Source: Tubulanus polymorphus
Taxonomy: Eukaryota; Animalia; Nemertea
Assembly (NCBI RefSeq): GCF_964204645.1
Contig: NC_134025.1
Span: 3,906,001 to 3,970,000 of the forward strand
Length of the DNA stretch: 64,000 nucleotides
Direction: 5' to 3'
The notes under the pieces were generated by a model. It saw only the letters and a program-made list of their open reading frames with translations, searched no databases and was not told where the DNA came from. The stretch's first letter is position 1, and each line of letters starts with the position of its first letter. This document shows, piece by piece, positions 15,001-26,524 of the stretch. The position numbers and the translations under genes were made by a program.

Positions 15001-18000
15001 TGATTAAAGGAACTTATTATATTTATTGAATTTTTGTTTGTCACAAGTCTTTGATTCAGTTTTTGCCATGCTTTTTTTCCATAAAGTAGTATTTCATTTT
15101 TGACAACAAATATGTATTTTACCTACTAAGATACCAGTTCATGCGCACGTGTATTGCTGTTTCTATCCAAGAATTCTCATCACACATCGCCATATGTCAT
15201 TGGACAAAATGCATGAGTTCTTATCTAACTCGGATTATTACATCGAAAACTGAAGAAATCCTCTTATAAAAATGCATGTTTTGGTTACTTTATATATACT
15301 AATGAACTGTAGAGTGTAATGCAGTGTTTTGCATGGTTGAAAACAGCAGTACACTGTACTTTAGATTGAACTTTGTCGATGTATGTTTTTTATCCCTATT
15401 TGCTGACCGCACGTCTTTCTTATACTATATTAGCGCGTCCAGTTGAAAAAGCCCAAGTAAGCCCCACCCAGGAGGCAGCGAAACCTAGTAAGTTTTATGA
15501 GGCCGATGCGCTCTTGTCTATTCTATCTACTATCCTTAGAATTGCTTGTAGTTTTACACCGGCAGTTTGATTATTATTTCCTAGCACTTTCGTGACTTAA
15601 AACATCTGGAAAGCGTTTTGATGGTTCACTGATAATGATGATAATAGATGTTTATAGTCAGCCTATAGTGAATTGCACTGTGCACATAGTATGAAAACCT
15701 TCCAATGATTCCAACAATTCCTTTTCAATCCAATATTTTGTCATTCATGGCTTTTGATAGGCGATCTTTCTATTTCATCTTCTTATCTCAACCCAACCAT
15801 TGAAACCCCTGATTATCCTTCTTCCTGAATTGATATTGTGACAATAAGTTCCCTTGGTTCAATCATAGCTTAATCCGCGATATTTCGACTTCATAGAAGT
15901 TGTTAGTTTTACCCTAGTTAGTTAGATTAGAGATGTACGTAGCTACGTATTCTAGCTGTATATACCGGGGTAGTACTTCCTTACTTTTAGTTACGTATGA
16001 TTTCTAGTTGAGTCTCGATGTGCCTATATTTTAGTTGAAATTGAATTATTGTGTGTATGTTAAGTTGTACCTTTAAAACTGTTTCTCTTAGCACAAATAC
16101 ACCTCCAATCTTTCACTATTCTGTTTTCAACGATTTGAAAGAGACAACTTTGATTGGTGTCCTCCTCACCATTAACTTTGGCTGGCGTTCCACGTTGTAA
16201 ATGACTTCCACCATTTCCTGCCTACACTGGCTGTCAGTGACACTCGTAATTCATTACATCCTCAGAATATGAAACGTGAACACGTTGATATATTGCTCAA
16301 AATGAGCTGAATATTGCACTTGCACTGAGCTGTATTACATACTAAATCACAACAACAAATAACTATTAAAAACTCAGTAACACAATTTAATGGTTAATGT
16401 AATAAATTCGCTTTAATTGTGGATGGATTACTATTTAATTATGAATCTGACGTGTTAATAATCTTAAAGTCCTCGTCCCTATTCGTACTAATTAAAAACC
16501 AAAGCTGATCTAATGCTTTATCTAAATAACATAACGTAAGTAATAACTTTATTCTAATAGAAATCATTCGCAGAACCAATCATCGAAACAGTTACGAAAC
16601 TGTCTTAATTAAGTAATTTCTGAATGCTTTCAAATTTTAAGAGAAATTCAGATTAGCTCTTCGAATGGTTACGCATATATATTTTTATTTTAATTGATTT
16701 TCCTGATGATAACGAATCATTAATTATTTTGTGCCATCAGAAAAGCGTTCCAAGTCGCCGTTTGGCTCGTGGTCGCGTAAAGGTCGACCGAAATCACATG
16801 AAGATGCACCATCTGTAATAGGTAACTATAACAATCCCTTCCCTATGATTTAGTTTTATTTAATTACTTACCCCATCCTGTAGGTTACGGGAACATTTAA
16901 CAATTTAATTTTCACCGGGTTGGTTGTAATTTTATAGTTATTTACAGGTTTTTTACTGCGATGATTTTGAATTCATGAACAATTTTAGATATGACTTCAT
17001 TGTTTTTTCTCTGCGGATTTTTTTTTTTTTCGGTAAAAAGATATAATTGCTTATATTTTTATGAATTGAATATTTTCGGTACATCTAGTAAATTTTAGTG
17101 ATTTCTCAGGATAGAGGTTTGTACATTTCGAACTTACCTTTGCCTCATGTAGCATGTTTGGTGACAGTGTCTTTTCTATTCAATAATATTATACGATATC
17201 GGAAAAGAAAGCTTCGAAAAAGATTTAGTGATGAGAATGGAAATAAAGTTTGGAAGACAATGGAATGTTCATGAAAAATAGATATTCAGAAAGTAAACGA
17301 AGTTATGATTTTGTGTTTTAAGTTGGGTTGAATTGTTTTTAGAACCAGTTAGCGGCAGTCCGGGTGATGTTGAATTCCACCATGAAGGAATACTGGTGCG
17401 AAAACACGAATGGGAATCCACTACAAAGAAGGCATCAAGCAGGTGCGGTTATATACAGTCTTACAACTCTATAATAAACATGTATATAAGTTGAGATGAT
17501 AAATTTCTGTTTACTTATTGTAATTTCAGACACTGGGACAAACTATATTCCGTATTAAACCAATCGGAGTTCTCGTTCTATCATAATCAGAAACAAGCGA
17601 AAGCTGTAAGTTATCAACTCTTTAAGCGACAGATTGTAACCTTACATTCATAGTTCAGATCTAATTTTCATTTGTTGTTTCGATTGTAGGATCCGAGTGC
17701 TCGCTTCCATCATGAGCCAGCTATCGATCTTGCTGGTTCTTCCGTCGCCGTTGCGACCGACTACCACAAACGCCCCCATGTGTTACGATTGAAACTAAAC
17801 AATGGAGGAGAATATCTTCTGCAGTGTAAAGATGACGTAAGTCCATAAAATCATTCGGCTACATCTCTTCAGAATGTGGAGAAGTGAGGGTTAATATCTG
17901 ATGACGCATTCGCGTTGTTTATTACAGGATGAAATGAATGTGTGGTTAACGAAGATTAACACGTGCATCGGTGAAGACGGAGGTTCGCCATCGAGAGCGC

Positions 18001-18083
18001 AGACTCTTCCAGCCAAAACGGACTCGCCGACCCGCGGTGAACCGAAACGACGTTCATTCTTCACGTTGGGAAAGAAGAAATAA
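1..18083 (+). CDS. SPTBN1: Beta-spectrin (conventional beta-G/SPTBN1-like), 3' part of a multi-exon gene: spectrin repeats through the C-terminal PH domain
   Basis: Successive GT-AG exons encode spectrin repeats ([75 protein letters not shown]). PH-domain exons start at 17343 ([61 protein letters not shown]). The protein ends in the typical [12 protein letters not shown] (stop 18081-18083). The 5' end lies outside the window. Confidence 0.96.
1372..1398 (+). CDS. Candidate 27-nt cassette microexon of beta-spectrin (STQVGRDKQ)
   Basis: ctgttgcacag|agcacccaggttggacgtgataaacag|gtaaag. Phase 0-0, in frame between ...AKDDVP (ends 678) and GSLEQAENM (starts 2871), inside an unusually long intron. 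Confidence 0.65.
7013..7280. mobile_element. Degenerate CAGGG-ended MITE (hAT-like) in a spectrin intron
   Basis: Ends cagggaggccac ... gcggctaccccg (imperfect inverted repeat); repeated internal gtcaggg/agggaaa motifs; flanks ttctc / ctctc. Confidence 0.6.
8278..9322 (+). CDS. Alternative 3' exons of beta-spectrin (8278-8394, 9083-9229, 9302-9322) giving a short PH-less C-terminus
   Basis: Exon 8278-8394 ([18 protein letters not shown]...) begins like the canonical exon at 12658 ([14 protein letters not shown]...). All three exons have AG/GT sites in phase 0 and read through to FDSMHK*. Confidence 0.72.
8520..8693. mobile_element. Tc1/mariner-type MITE (TA-flanked)
   Basis: ta|cagtgaaaactgctttaattca ... 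tgaattaagcgggttcgactg|ta; imperfect TIRs, similar to the element at 35507. Confidence 0.6.
14308..16821 (+). CDS. Cluster of short phase-1 exons in the spectrin-repeat-to-PH linker: 14308-14352 (45 nt), 14569-14592 (24), 14625-14657 (33, contains a stop), 14755-14763 (9), 15434-15487 (54), 16741-16821 (81)
   Basis: Each has an AG acceptor after a pyrimidine tract and a gtaagt/gtacgt/gtaact donor. All lengths are multiples of 3, and all keep frame between exon 12911-12999 and exon 17343. The 45, 54 and 81 nt exons are the most secure. Confidence 0.62.
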
Positions 18084-20859
18084 ACCGTATACGCATATAT
18101 ACAACTCTAACTAACTGAGTCGAGAATGATTTCATCGATTAATTAGAACTTTTATAAACGATAAAAGTGAATATAATAACGCTCTACTCTCTATAATGTA
18201 CTCGCTTGTCCGGCTAAATTAAACCGTTATTTGTAGTACAGGTACAGGTGCTAATGCGGCCATGCTAAGATGATGTTGTTTTTTCGCTAGTCATACGAGA
18301 ATATGGCCAGTACTAGCAGATGTTTGTACCTGAGCTTCATCTGACGATGACCCGATTGATCATGGTTGTTTATATATGTCCGTCGTATGAATGTACGTAA
18401 CGAATTATTCATAAAAATTACCAACGGTTATATGCTTGGAAAATCGATTTTTATTTTATAAGCAGTGGACCACTTGTGTATCCGTTATATATATATTATA
18501 ATGATATATAAACCTTCTACGTATATTACATATATATTAAATGCATTTGAAAGTTTTTTACTGACGCGTTATTTTGAGTTTGTATACAAACGGACAATTT
18601 GATAGTGATTATCCTGTACTATCCGACTGCGCTCCGCGCGAAACTTATCGCTGAACAATAGATGGCACCATGTGTTAGAGTATTGTTTCGGGTGTTAAGT
18701 GAACGAACGAATGAAACTAAAGTTGAGATTCCGGGTTGTCTCGTATTAACATCAAAGTCATAGTTTATCATCTCAGATCGACAACCATTTCATCATCGAT
18801 AAACTTTTTTAACATCAATCAGTTCGCAGTCATCTATGCATCCTATCAACAGTTTGTAGGTTCATGTAAGACTAGGCGATGCTAGCGTACACGGTCTTCA
18901 CTCGCGGTTGTGGCTTGCGTATTTGTAAATAGCTTTATTCGGGAATCAATAAATAAATACATATTATCGACGCTATCATTGAGCTTTACCGCGTGTGAAG
19001 CGTATTTACTCGCATCAGATTGTGTTATTTTCACAAATTCCGAAACATGGAAATGATTATAATGATAATAATATATTGATTATAAAAACGTGAAGGTTGC
19101 ACGTTGAGCGCTTCATTCATATTGCTGCGACACCATTATTGTAAAATTGTAGATATGAAATGATGAAATATTGCTTTCCTTATAAACGGAGATGTAGTAG
19201 TGGCAGTTTATTCTTATTATTAGAGTTTTATTTGTTTTGTGTAGGTGATGATCAATCGATAAATATCTATGTAACGATCGCGAGAATCGTCACCGCGATT
19301 TCTATTCATTCTCGTGTCATATTTAAAGAGAAAAAAAAAGCTTCAAGCTTCGTGAAAAAAATATATAGATTAAAAGGGTATGTGCAACAACAACAACGCT
19401 TCCTGATTATTGTCGGTTAGAAACGCGTCGTGTTTAATCTCGAAACCGTTGATGACTAATTACAAAATTTGGTGGTGCATATATTGTAATACTACGATAC
19501 TAATTAAACTTAATTATGTCGATGGTTGTAGGGTATTTACACCTTTCAAATGGACCGTAGATCCTCAATGTATAATTAATAGATATCGTTGTTTTCTCCC
19601 TCGATAAAAGTGTTTATTTCTCCTAATGTAACGGAACGTCGATTTTCTATCTCTCGTGTGCAGTAATTTCAATATAAAGATATCAATACAGACTGAATGT
19701 ATGTTGCTGAAAGGGAGATCAATTGATACTGAACGATCATAGGGAACTGAAATGAGATTTTCTGTTGTGGTGGAACATCACTGTTAATGTAATTATACCA
19801 TTATCCGGTTGCTTTGAAATGATATGCTTGTGATATGCTCTGAAAGTCTTAGAATTTGCTTACAGCTGTCCTGTTACTGTCCAAAAACTACCAATCGTTT
19901 TGTAATCCAGCTTCAACAAAAATAAACTACCGAAGTACTATAATAAATGATGAAATACTCTATATATATTTGTGTCTTCCCATTTCTCGATATTGGATTA
20001 ACCATGAAGGCGACAGACAGTGACATCTCTGCTGGCTGCCATGTGAACGACAGGTTGTTCAGAACTGAGGGAAATGGTCACCTAGTTAGTCGCACTGCTA
20101 GGGCTCTTATGATTATATATGTGGATTATATTTATATATATAACGGTGTGAATCCCTTTTTGCATGAATGTAAGATATTAATTACCCTTTCATTAATGAA
20201 ACTGTTATGTAAAAACTAAAAGGCTAACGCTGTAACTATTATAGAATTATAAAGCTAAAAGTAATCTATGAATTCCGATTGAATTATATCAGTGTTTCAT
20301 CTTGAAGGATTCTAAATAATGTGAACCAGTGTTGATTCTTCTAACGATAGAAGTTCCACCGGCAGCATTTCGGCTTGTGTGTCTTAATGGTTAATTTGCA
20401 TATTTTCATCAATTTGTTAACGAGATAATGAGATGAACATATTCATTCATTCATTCATTCATTGAGTTTGTGCCAAGTTGTACAACTTTTCGATAATGAT
20501 TTACAAAGAGCTTTGCTTTAAAAGATTTTTTAAACCACGGTTGGTTGGTTAAAATAGTTGGTAAGTTTTAAAACGTTTATTCATGATTATTTTTTGTGTA
20601 GAATATGCAAATAAATCTTCTGTATTGGGAAATAAGTCTTGTTTTTATTTAACTGTTAAACTAATGAAAGGGTTTCACTAAATCTTAAGAGGAGGAATTG
20701 CCCCAGATTTACTATTCTTGGCGATGAGATAAGACCACTACTTTGACAACTAACCTTCGCTTACACAAGCGTTCATAGCTCTACACCACTATAGCAGGAT
20801 TCTAACCTAATCTACAGAACAAGTAAATAACACGTGTGTTCGTTTACTAGTACGTGCTC

Positions 20860-21010
20860 CGATAACTTCCGGAAATCTCCGAGCGACTCCGATGGGTACC
20901 GATTCGCATAATGCTCACAGCTGATTGGCTGCCGACTCGTTATTGACAAAATACACGCAACCGGGGAATTTAAGAAGCAGGAAATGAAATTTTAAACAAA
21001 AGCATAATTT
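20860..21010 (+). promoter_or_regulatory. Probable promoter and non-coding first exon of the TROAP-like gene
   Basis: CpG-richer island with an inverted CCAAT (gattggct ~20923), a CHR-like tttaaa (~20991) and a gtaagt donor at 21011. Confidence 0.5.
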
Positions 21011-21873
21011 GTAAGTAATAAACGTTATTTATTAGAGGGAAACGGTTGATAATTTATTTGAGTGATAATAAAACATCACTGTTTTATATTTAGTACCGCT
21101 CAGATACTATTTTAGATAGCGTAAAATACGTTTATGATGTCGTTTTAGTTTGGTAAGGTAGTCTGTTAAACTTCCTATCAAAATTAGGTTACGTCTATTT
21201 CGTTCTTAATTATATTCCCGACCCTAATTTATCTATCACTACTGAAGGCTTGCGTTATAGAATTGTAACCTTGTATCCTTCATTTATCACTCATGACCAT
21301 GTGTGTGCAGACTGTTTAGCTTTAGATGCAGATGCAGTGCGGTCAGTGTTAAAAAAGTTTGTTTTTTTAGTGGCATATCTGCGACATGCTAAATTATTAT
21401 TAAATTTACCTTTTAAGGCAATGATGCAGGCTTTTTCTGTTTATCTTAGATGGCTAAATCATGGCTGATAGAATTTAAGTTGTCAATTGAGGTTATATAA
21501 GCTTACTCAATATCACCGAACCAGTGTAATTATAGATTATCTTAAGTGAGAATGAATGTGCGAGACCTGTCCTATTTTTAGTTGGACCAATAAATTCCAT
21601 GCTTGTTCTTTCTTTGAAATCAATGCCATTGGCACAATCTATAGAATTGTGACTAACTGTGAACTTGTGACACTCAAACTATTAAACTGTCACTAATTAT
21701 GTTCTTTGTTAACCAGCAGCAGAGTGGTGCAGAAGCATCAAAATGATATGCAGGTGTAGCAAACATATATGGAGGCACCCGCTCAACACATCAGAGATCA
21801 TTTTCTCTCTAGGCTAGGGGATGCTTAGTATTAAATTCATCAGAGATATTTTATTCACAAATTTTAGATAAAA

Positions 21874-24800
21874 ATGGAACGAAGTAGAACAACATTTTCC
21901 TCACCACATTTAAGGGCATCCTCAGTCAGGTATGTTATATGAATGTGTAGCCTTTTATACCTGTTTTATCAGGCTCAGGCTGAAACATTTTTCTTTTTTG
22001 CTAACTTATAGCGAAGGTCGTCAAACTCGGGCTAAAACAAAAGCTCTCGGAAATACAGAAACGCGCATTACCAAAACTAAGCCGAGAACCCGAAGCACAG
22101 CAAATAAACCAGCTACCGGTACTACAAGAAACAATGCAGAGAGTGCAAAGAAAACAGTTAGAAAAACAGCAATTACCCCGGCAAGAATCAAGCGACCCGA
22201 GCAAGAAGGTTTGTAATGACTTGTCTTCAACCGATCGTGTTAATTAAATAAGATGAAAAATGCAGTTGAAAAATTATTGGTGTGAATTATAAATTTCAGG
22301 ATTGACATTTGAGCCTGATAGTAAATCATTGCGTAGTATACTGAATAATACAGGAGTTGATGGTGCCACACCTGCTCCCTCTGTTAGACAGACGATAGCT
22401 GGAGGAAGCGTCTCTAAATCCAATAACAACAGTGCAACGGTAAGTTTATCATGAAAAAACGAAACAAAGTACATCTGGCTTGAATTTCTTTCCCATTTAT
22501 TTATGATCGAATTCGATGCGTTTTTTATTTCAGGGTCCTCGATATTCGATATATAACAATCCGAATCGACACACATTCACTAAAGGTTCAACAATAGAAG
22601 CAAAAAGAGTAACAAACACTACGAAATTTACGCAACCTTCACCTATGAAACATGGATCGACTCCCAATCGACAATCGCTCTATAATAATAATCGTCAATC
22701 TCTCAAACCGAAAACACCATTAACTGTAAGTATATTTCATATATTGTTTATCGCGAAATTGTCCTGAATTCATAAAGCAGTTATTTTGATTTTTCGTAGG
22801 CTGTAAGAGTTCCAGTAAAACATGCTAAAAAAACCCAGGATATCGCTCCTAATACTGAACCTGCCAATAAGAAATGGGGTGAAATACTGAAAACAAGCAA
22901 GAATTCTAAGGTAATCACTAGCGTTTAACTTTAATTTCTACTGTATCTTATATCTGTCCTGGTTTGCTAATTTTATGGTATATTCAACACAGGATAAACT
23001 GGCGAAAGTATTGTTTGATGATTCTGATGGTGTTTCACCACAATCGGCTGCTGAACCTCTGACGCAACAATCATTCGATGTGAAATGTTTAAAGGTAAAA
23101 AAAACCTCAATAAATTTGAGGGGAGTTATATTGAAATACATTATTATACATAACAAACAGTACTTTGAATTTTGCTGTTGTATCTTCATTAGATGATGAC
23201 GCAAAGAGAATCCCTGATCAAAGCTGAATTACAACAAATACAAAAACTAGAACAGCATCAACATCATGACAAAGAGAATGCTGGCAGTCCGCTGCGTGTG
23301 AAAACAATGAATGCCGCGTCAAGTCCTCGTCAGCCGCTTTCACCAGCAAATAATCGCGCTAATATCCTAGCCTCGCACAGCCCCAATCCGACATCACCTC
23401 TTGTAAAGAAAAACTCACCTCTCGGAAAGGAGAACATAAACGACATGGTGAAATTTATGAAAACCGATGTTAGTAGCGTTTTAACTACACTCAGTTCCGA
23501 TAGCTGTTTGATTAATGCCAATAGTATGACCACACTAGCTCGATCAATACATGACGATATATCACCATTATCACCTCTAGCCAGGGGTCGGTCGAAGATG
23601 CACGCTGGCATTGCTAAGTCATTATTTGAAGATTCGGATTCAGTTTTTCAAAAGCCTGTGGATATTTTACAAACAGTATGCAGCAAATGCCCTCGTCTTG
23701 AGAATCAGATGCAAATGTTACAGAAAGAACTTTCAAACTACAAGAAACAGTGTTCCAACTTACAGAGCAAGGTGCATGCTTTAGAATCAAAAATCGGTGA
23801 AAAGGACTCGGCCATCAAAACATTAGAAAGCAGTGTTAAGCAAAAAGAATGTGATTTGCTTCACAAGGAACGTATCATGTGGCAAGATAGGGAAAAGTTC
23901 GTTCTACAGATGGAAAAAGTTGATATGCAAGATCACATAATAGCTGAACAAAAGGAAACCATAGAAAAACTACGTACGAAACAGGTCGAAAAAGACAAAG
24001 TCATCGAAGAACAAAAGTGTCGACTATCTGAACAGGAGAAGTCTCTAAATGAAGGACTAATATGTGTGAATGAATTGAAGGAAAAACTTCATGTTTTGGA
24101 AACAGAAATCAGCGATGACAGCGGAGAAGAGCTTGTGCTTTCTGGCAACAATAATACAATGGTTATTTGTGAAGGTGGAATTATTCAGAATGTGAAATTA
24201 CAAAAGAATGGATGCAGTCCTCCTACTAGCGCACGAGAAAACAGACCCGTGCAGCGTTCTCCCATCATAGAATCAGTCCCTGATGTAAGACACAGTAATC
24301 ACCTTGAGTCATGTTGTTCACCCACTAGTTTTACTCCCATACACAACATGCCTGCTTATGTAACTGCTAATCATGTAAACCCCTGTCTCTATACACCTCA
24401 ACAGCATTGTGCTTCTAACTCATGTGCACCTCTACCAATGTCATTGACCAGTTCTGGTCAGACTCCACGAATGTCCTCACGTCCAGCATGCCGCCCTGTT
24501 TTTCACCTTGAAGATCTGACACCCGCTAAAAGTCGTCCTCTTTGCGATGCCGATAAATTACCCAGCACACCATCATCTCAACTACTTCGGGACGGGATCG
24601 CCCAGCCTGTTCGCCCAACTCCGATCTCAGGCACTGAATCTGCGCGTAAACATACGCTGTATGCTAAAGCATTAGTATCTCATGCATCATTGAAGTATCA
24701 GGATTGTTTGCTGGATGAAGAGGTAATGCTTTATATGGTAAAAAGGTCTCCTGATAATCGTGAATCGAAACAACTGGCAACTGAACGGAGTCAAATGCTG

Positions 24801-25049
24801 CTAAATCCAATCAGCAAGCATTTCGCATATCAGGAATCACGAGTAAGTATTCGTCATTAATAAACTCTGTCCATATTTTCTCTGCATTTCTCTGGCATTT
24901 CTTTTCTGATAGAGACAATATTTGTTATATCATTTCAGCAATTCCAGCCAATAAAAGATGAGAAGTTTACACCTTCGCCGCCTCAACCTGCATTTTCAGC
25001 TCCTTCTGCATTTTCTATGTACAAAAGAATTGATGTCTCTGTTCATTAG
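21874..25049 (+). CDS. TROAP: Tastin/TROAP-like mitotic coiled-coil protein (multi-exon)
   Basis: FEPDSKSLRSILNNTGV resembles tastin FVADPAALATILSGEGV. The C-terminal YQDCLLDEEVMLY...NPISKHFAYQESRQFQPI resembles tastin FHEARLDDECAFY...NPVATLLEWQDALCFIPV (vertebrate sequences recalled from memory). Also KEN boxes, a D-box (RQPLSPANN), many S/T-P sites and a central coiled coil. Last exon 24939-25049. Confidence 0.7.
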
Positions 25050-25824
25050 ATAAAATATGAGAGTTAAACCTGTAGATGAATTACCCAGGATGTGAAATGA
25101 GAGATAGAGAAGAGAGTTATCAGACCAATGTGGTTGGTCAATCAAAAAAATAGCAAAATTATCTGAAATGTTTCTATATTTATGCTTCATATTTGGTTTA
25201 TTTATTCAAGCTAGAATTTCTAGAATTTTTTTTTCTTTTTAAGGATCTTAGCTTCGTGGAGAATCTTTTGTATGTGGAAAGCTAATGTGAATTATCATGT
25301 TGCAAATATTGCATGTTCAATGGAATGTTATTTATTGAAAAATTCTACTTAAATATTTTGAAACTTTAGTGTATTCTGGGACACATATTTGAGATGGTAT
25401 TTTCCCTGTTTTGGCTAAGTTTAAGATTGGTGTGATTGTTGTTATGTGAAAGTCGTTGTATGCAGTTTGTTTAGTGAATAAGTTGGATATTTTCAATGGG
25501 ATTGTATTTACAATAAACTTTAATTTCTCATGGTTAAAGGAACATTTATACCTACAGTAACCCACATTGTATTCTACATGATAGTTTTTATCTGAAATGA
25601 TTTGACAGTAATTAAATAAACTATGAAATCACTTGCATACCATACACTTTGTTTTTGTTTTTCTCTTCGGAATACAGCAAGCGAGGATAAGGTTTTGTGG
25701 CTTGTGGTTTGTAGCAAGGCCCTGCTTTGTGCTTACATTACACAAGAAAAAATTTCTCTTACTACTAATTCATTTATAGAAAAATTGCATTGTTTTAAAG
25801 AGTGGCCCGCAAATTGGTAAATAA

Positions 25825-26044
25825 GGCCAAAAAAAATTGATACCTTGTTTGTCCGCTCTGCTGAGCTTAAATGTTGACCCGGCCGGCCGCCTATCTACCC
25901 TATACATTATTTTTTTTTAAATCGTGATCAATTCCACCATAACAGACCCGGCCGCTATAGAAATGAACTGTTTATAAATTTTATCATATTTTACAAAAAT
26001 GACCCGGCCGCTGCGGAGAAACAAGGTATCATTTTTGTTTAGCC
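25825..26044. mobile_element. MITE with ~32-bp TIRs (PIF/Harbinger-like ends)
   Basis: ggccaaaaaaaattgataccttgtttgtccgc ... gcggagaaacaaggtatcatttttgtttagcc; internal gacccggcc(g) x3; preceded by taa. Confidence 0.75.
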
Positions 26045-26524
26045 AATTTTTGTCCACACCTGGCTATCAAAGACTCGGGCAATTGAGTATCAAGTTAGTT
26101 CACGTTTCCCTCGCTATCGTTATACATAGGGGCAGCACTAAACGGTCGAGATCTGACCTCGCTATTTTTTACTGCGGCGGGCCAACGCTAATGCTTGATT
26201 CAATGAAACTTTTCTCTCAATCGATTGACTACTTCGAGAAATGATTCTCGATTTTCTTACATTTTGGATTCTGGTTGTACCGAATTCTTAGTGTCAAGCC
26301 ATAATGAACAGTTCCAATAATTGTCTTGCATGGGCACAGTTTACGAAAACTACTTTTTAAGCTTTAAAAATTTATATTTAGGCTTTATTATGAACTTTTC
26401 ATCAATATGTACAAGAAGCGTATATACATGGCAGTGTGCATAGATAGACAGCCTGTTTAACAGATATCACAGCTAGTAATTATTAACTCATTAATTACAG
26501 TAGTTTCATGTACATTTTGTGTTA

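Noticed and set aside
19160-20219. ORFs downstream of the spectrin stop
   Set aside because: They lie in a probable long AT-rich 3' UTR and show no coding signature.
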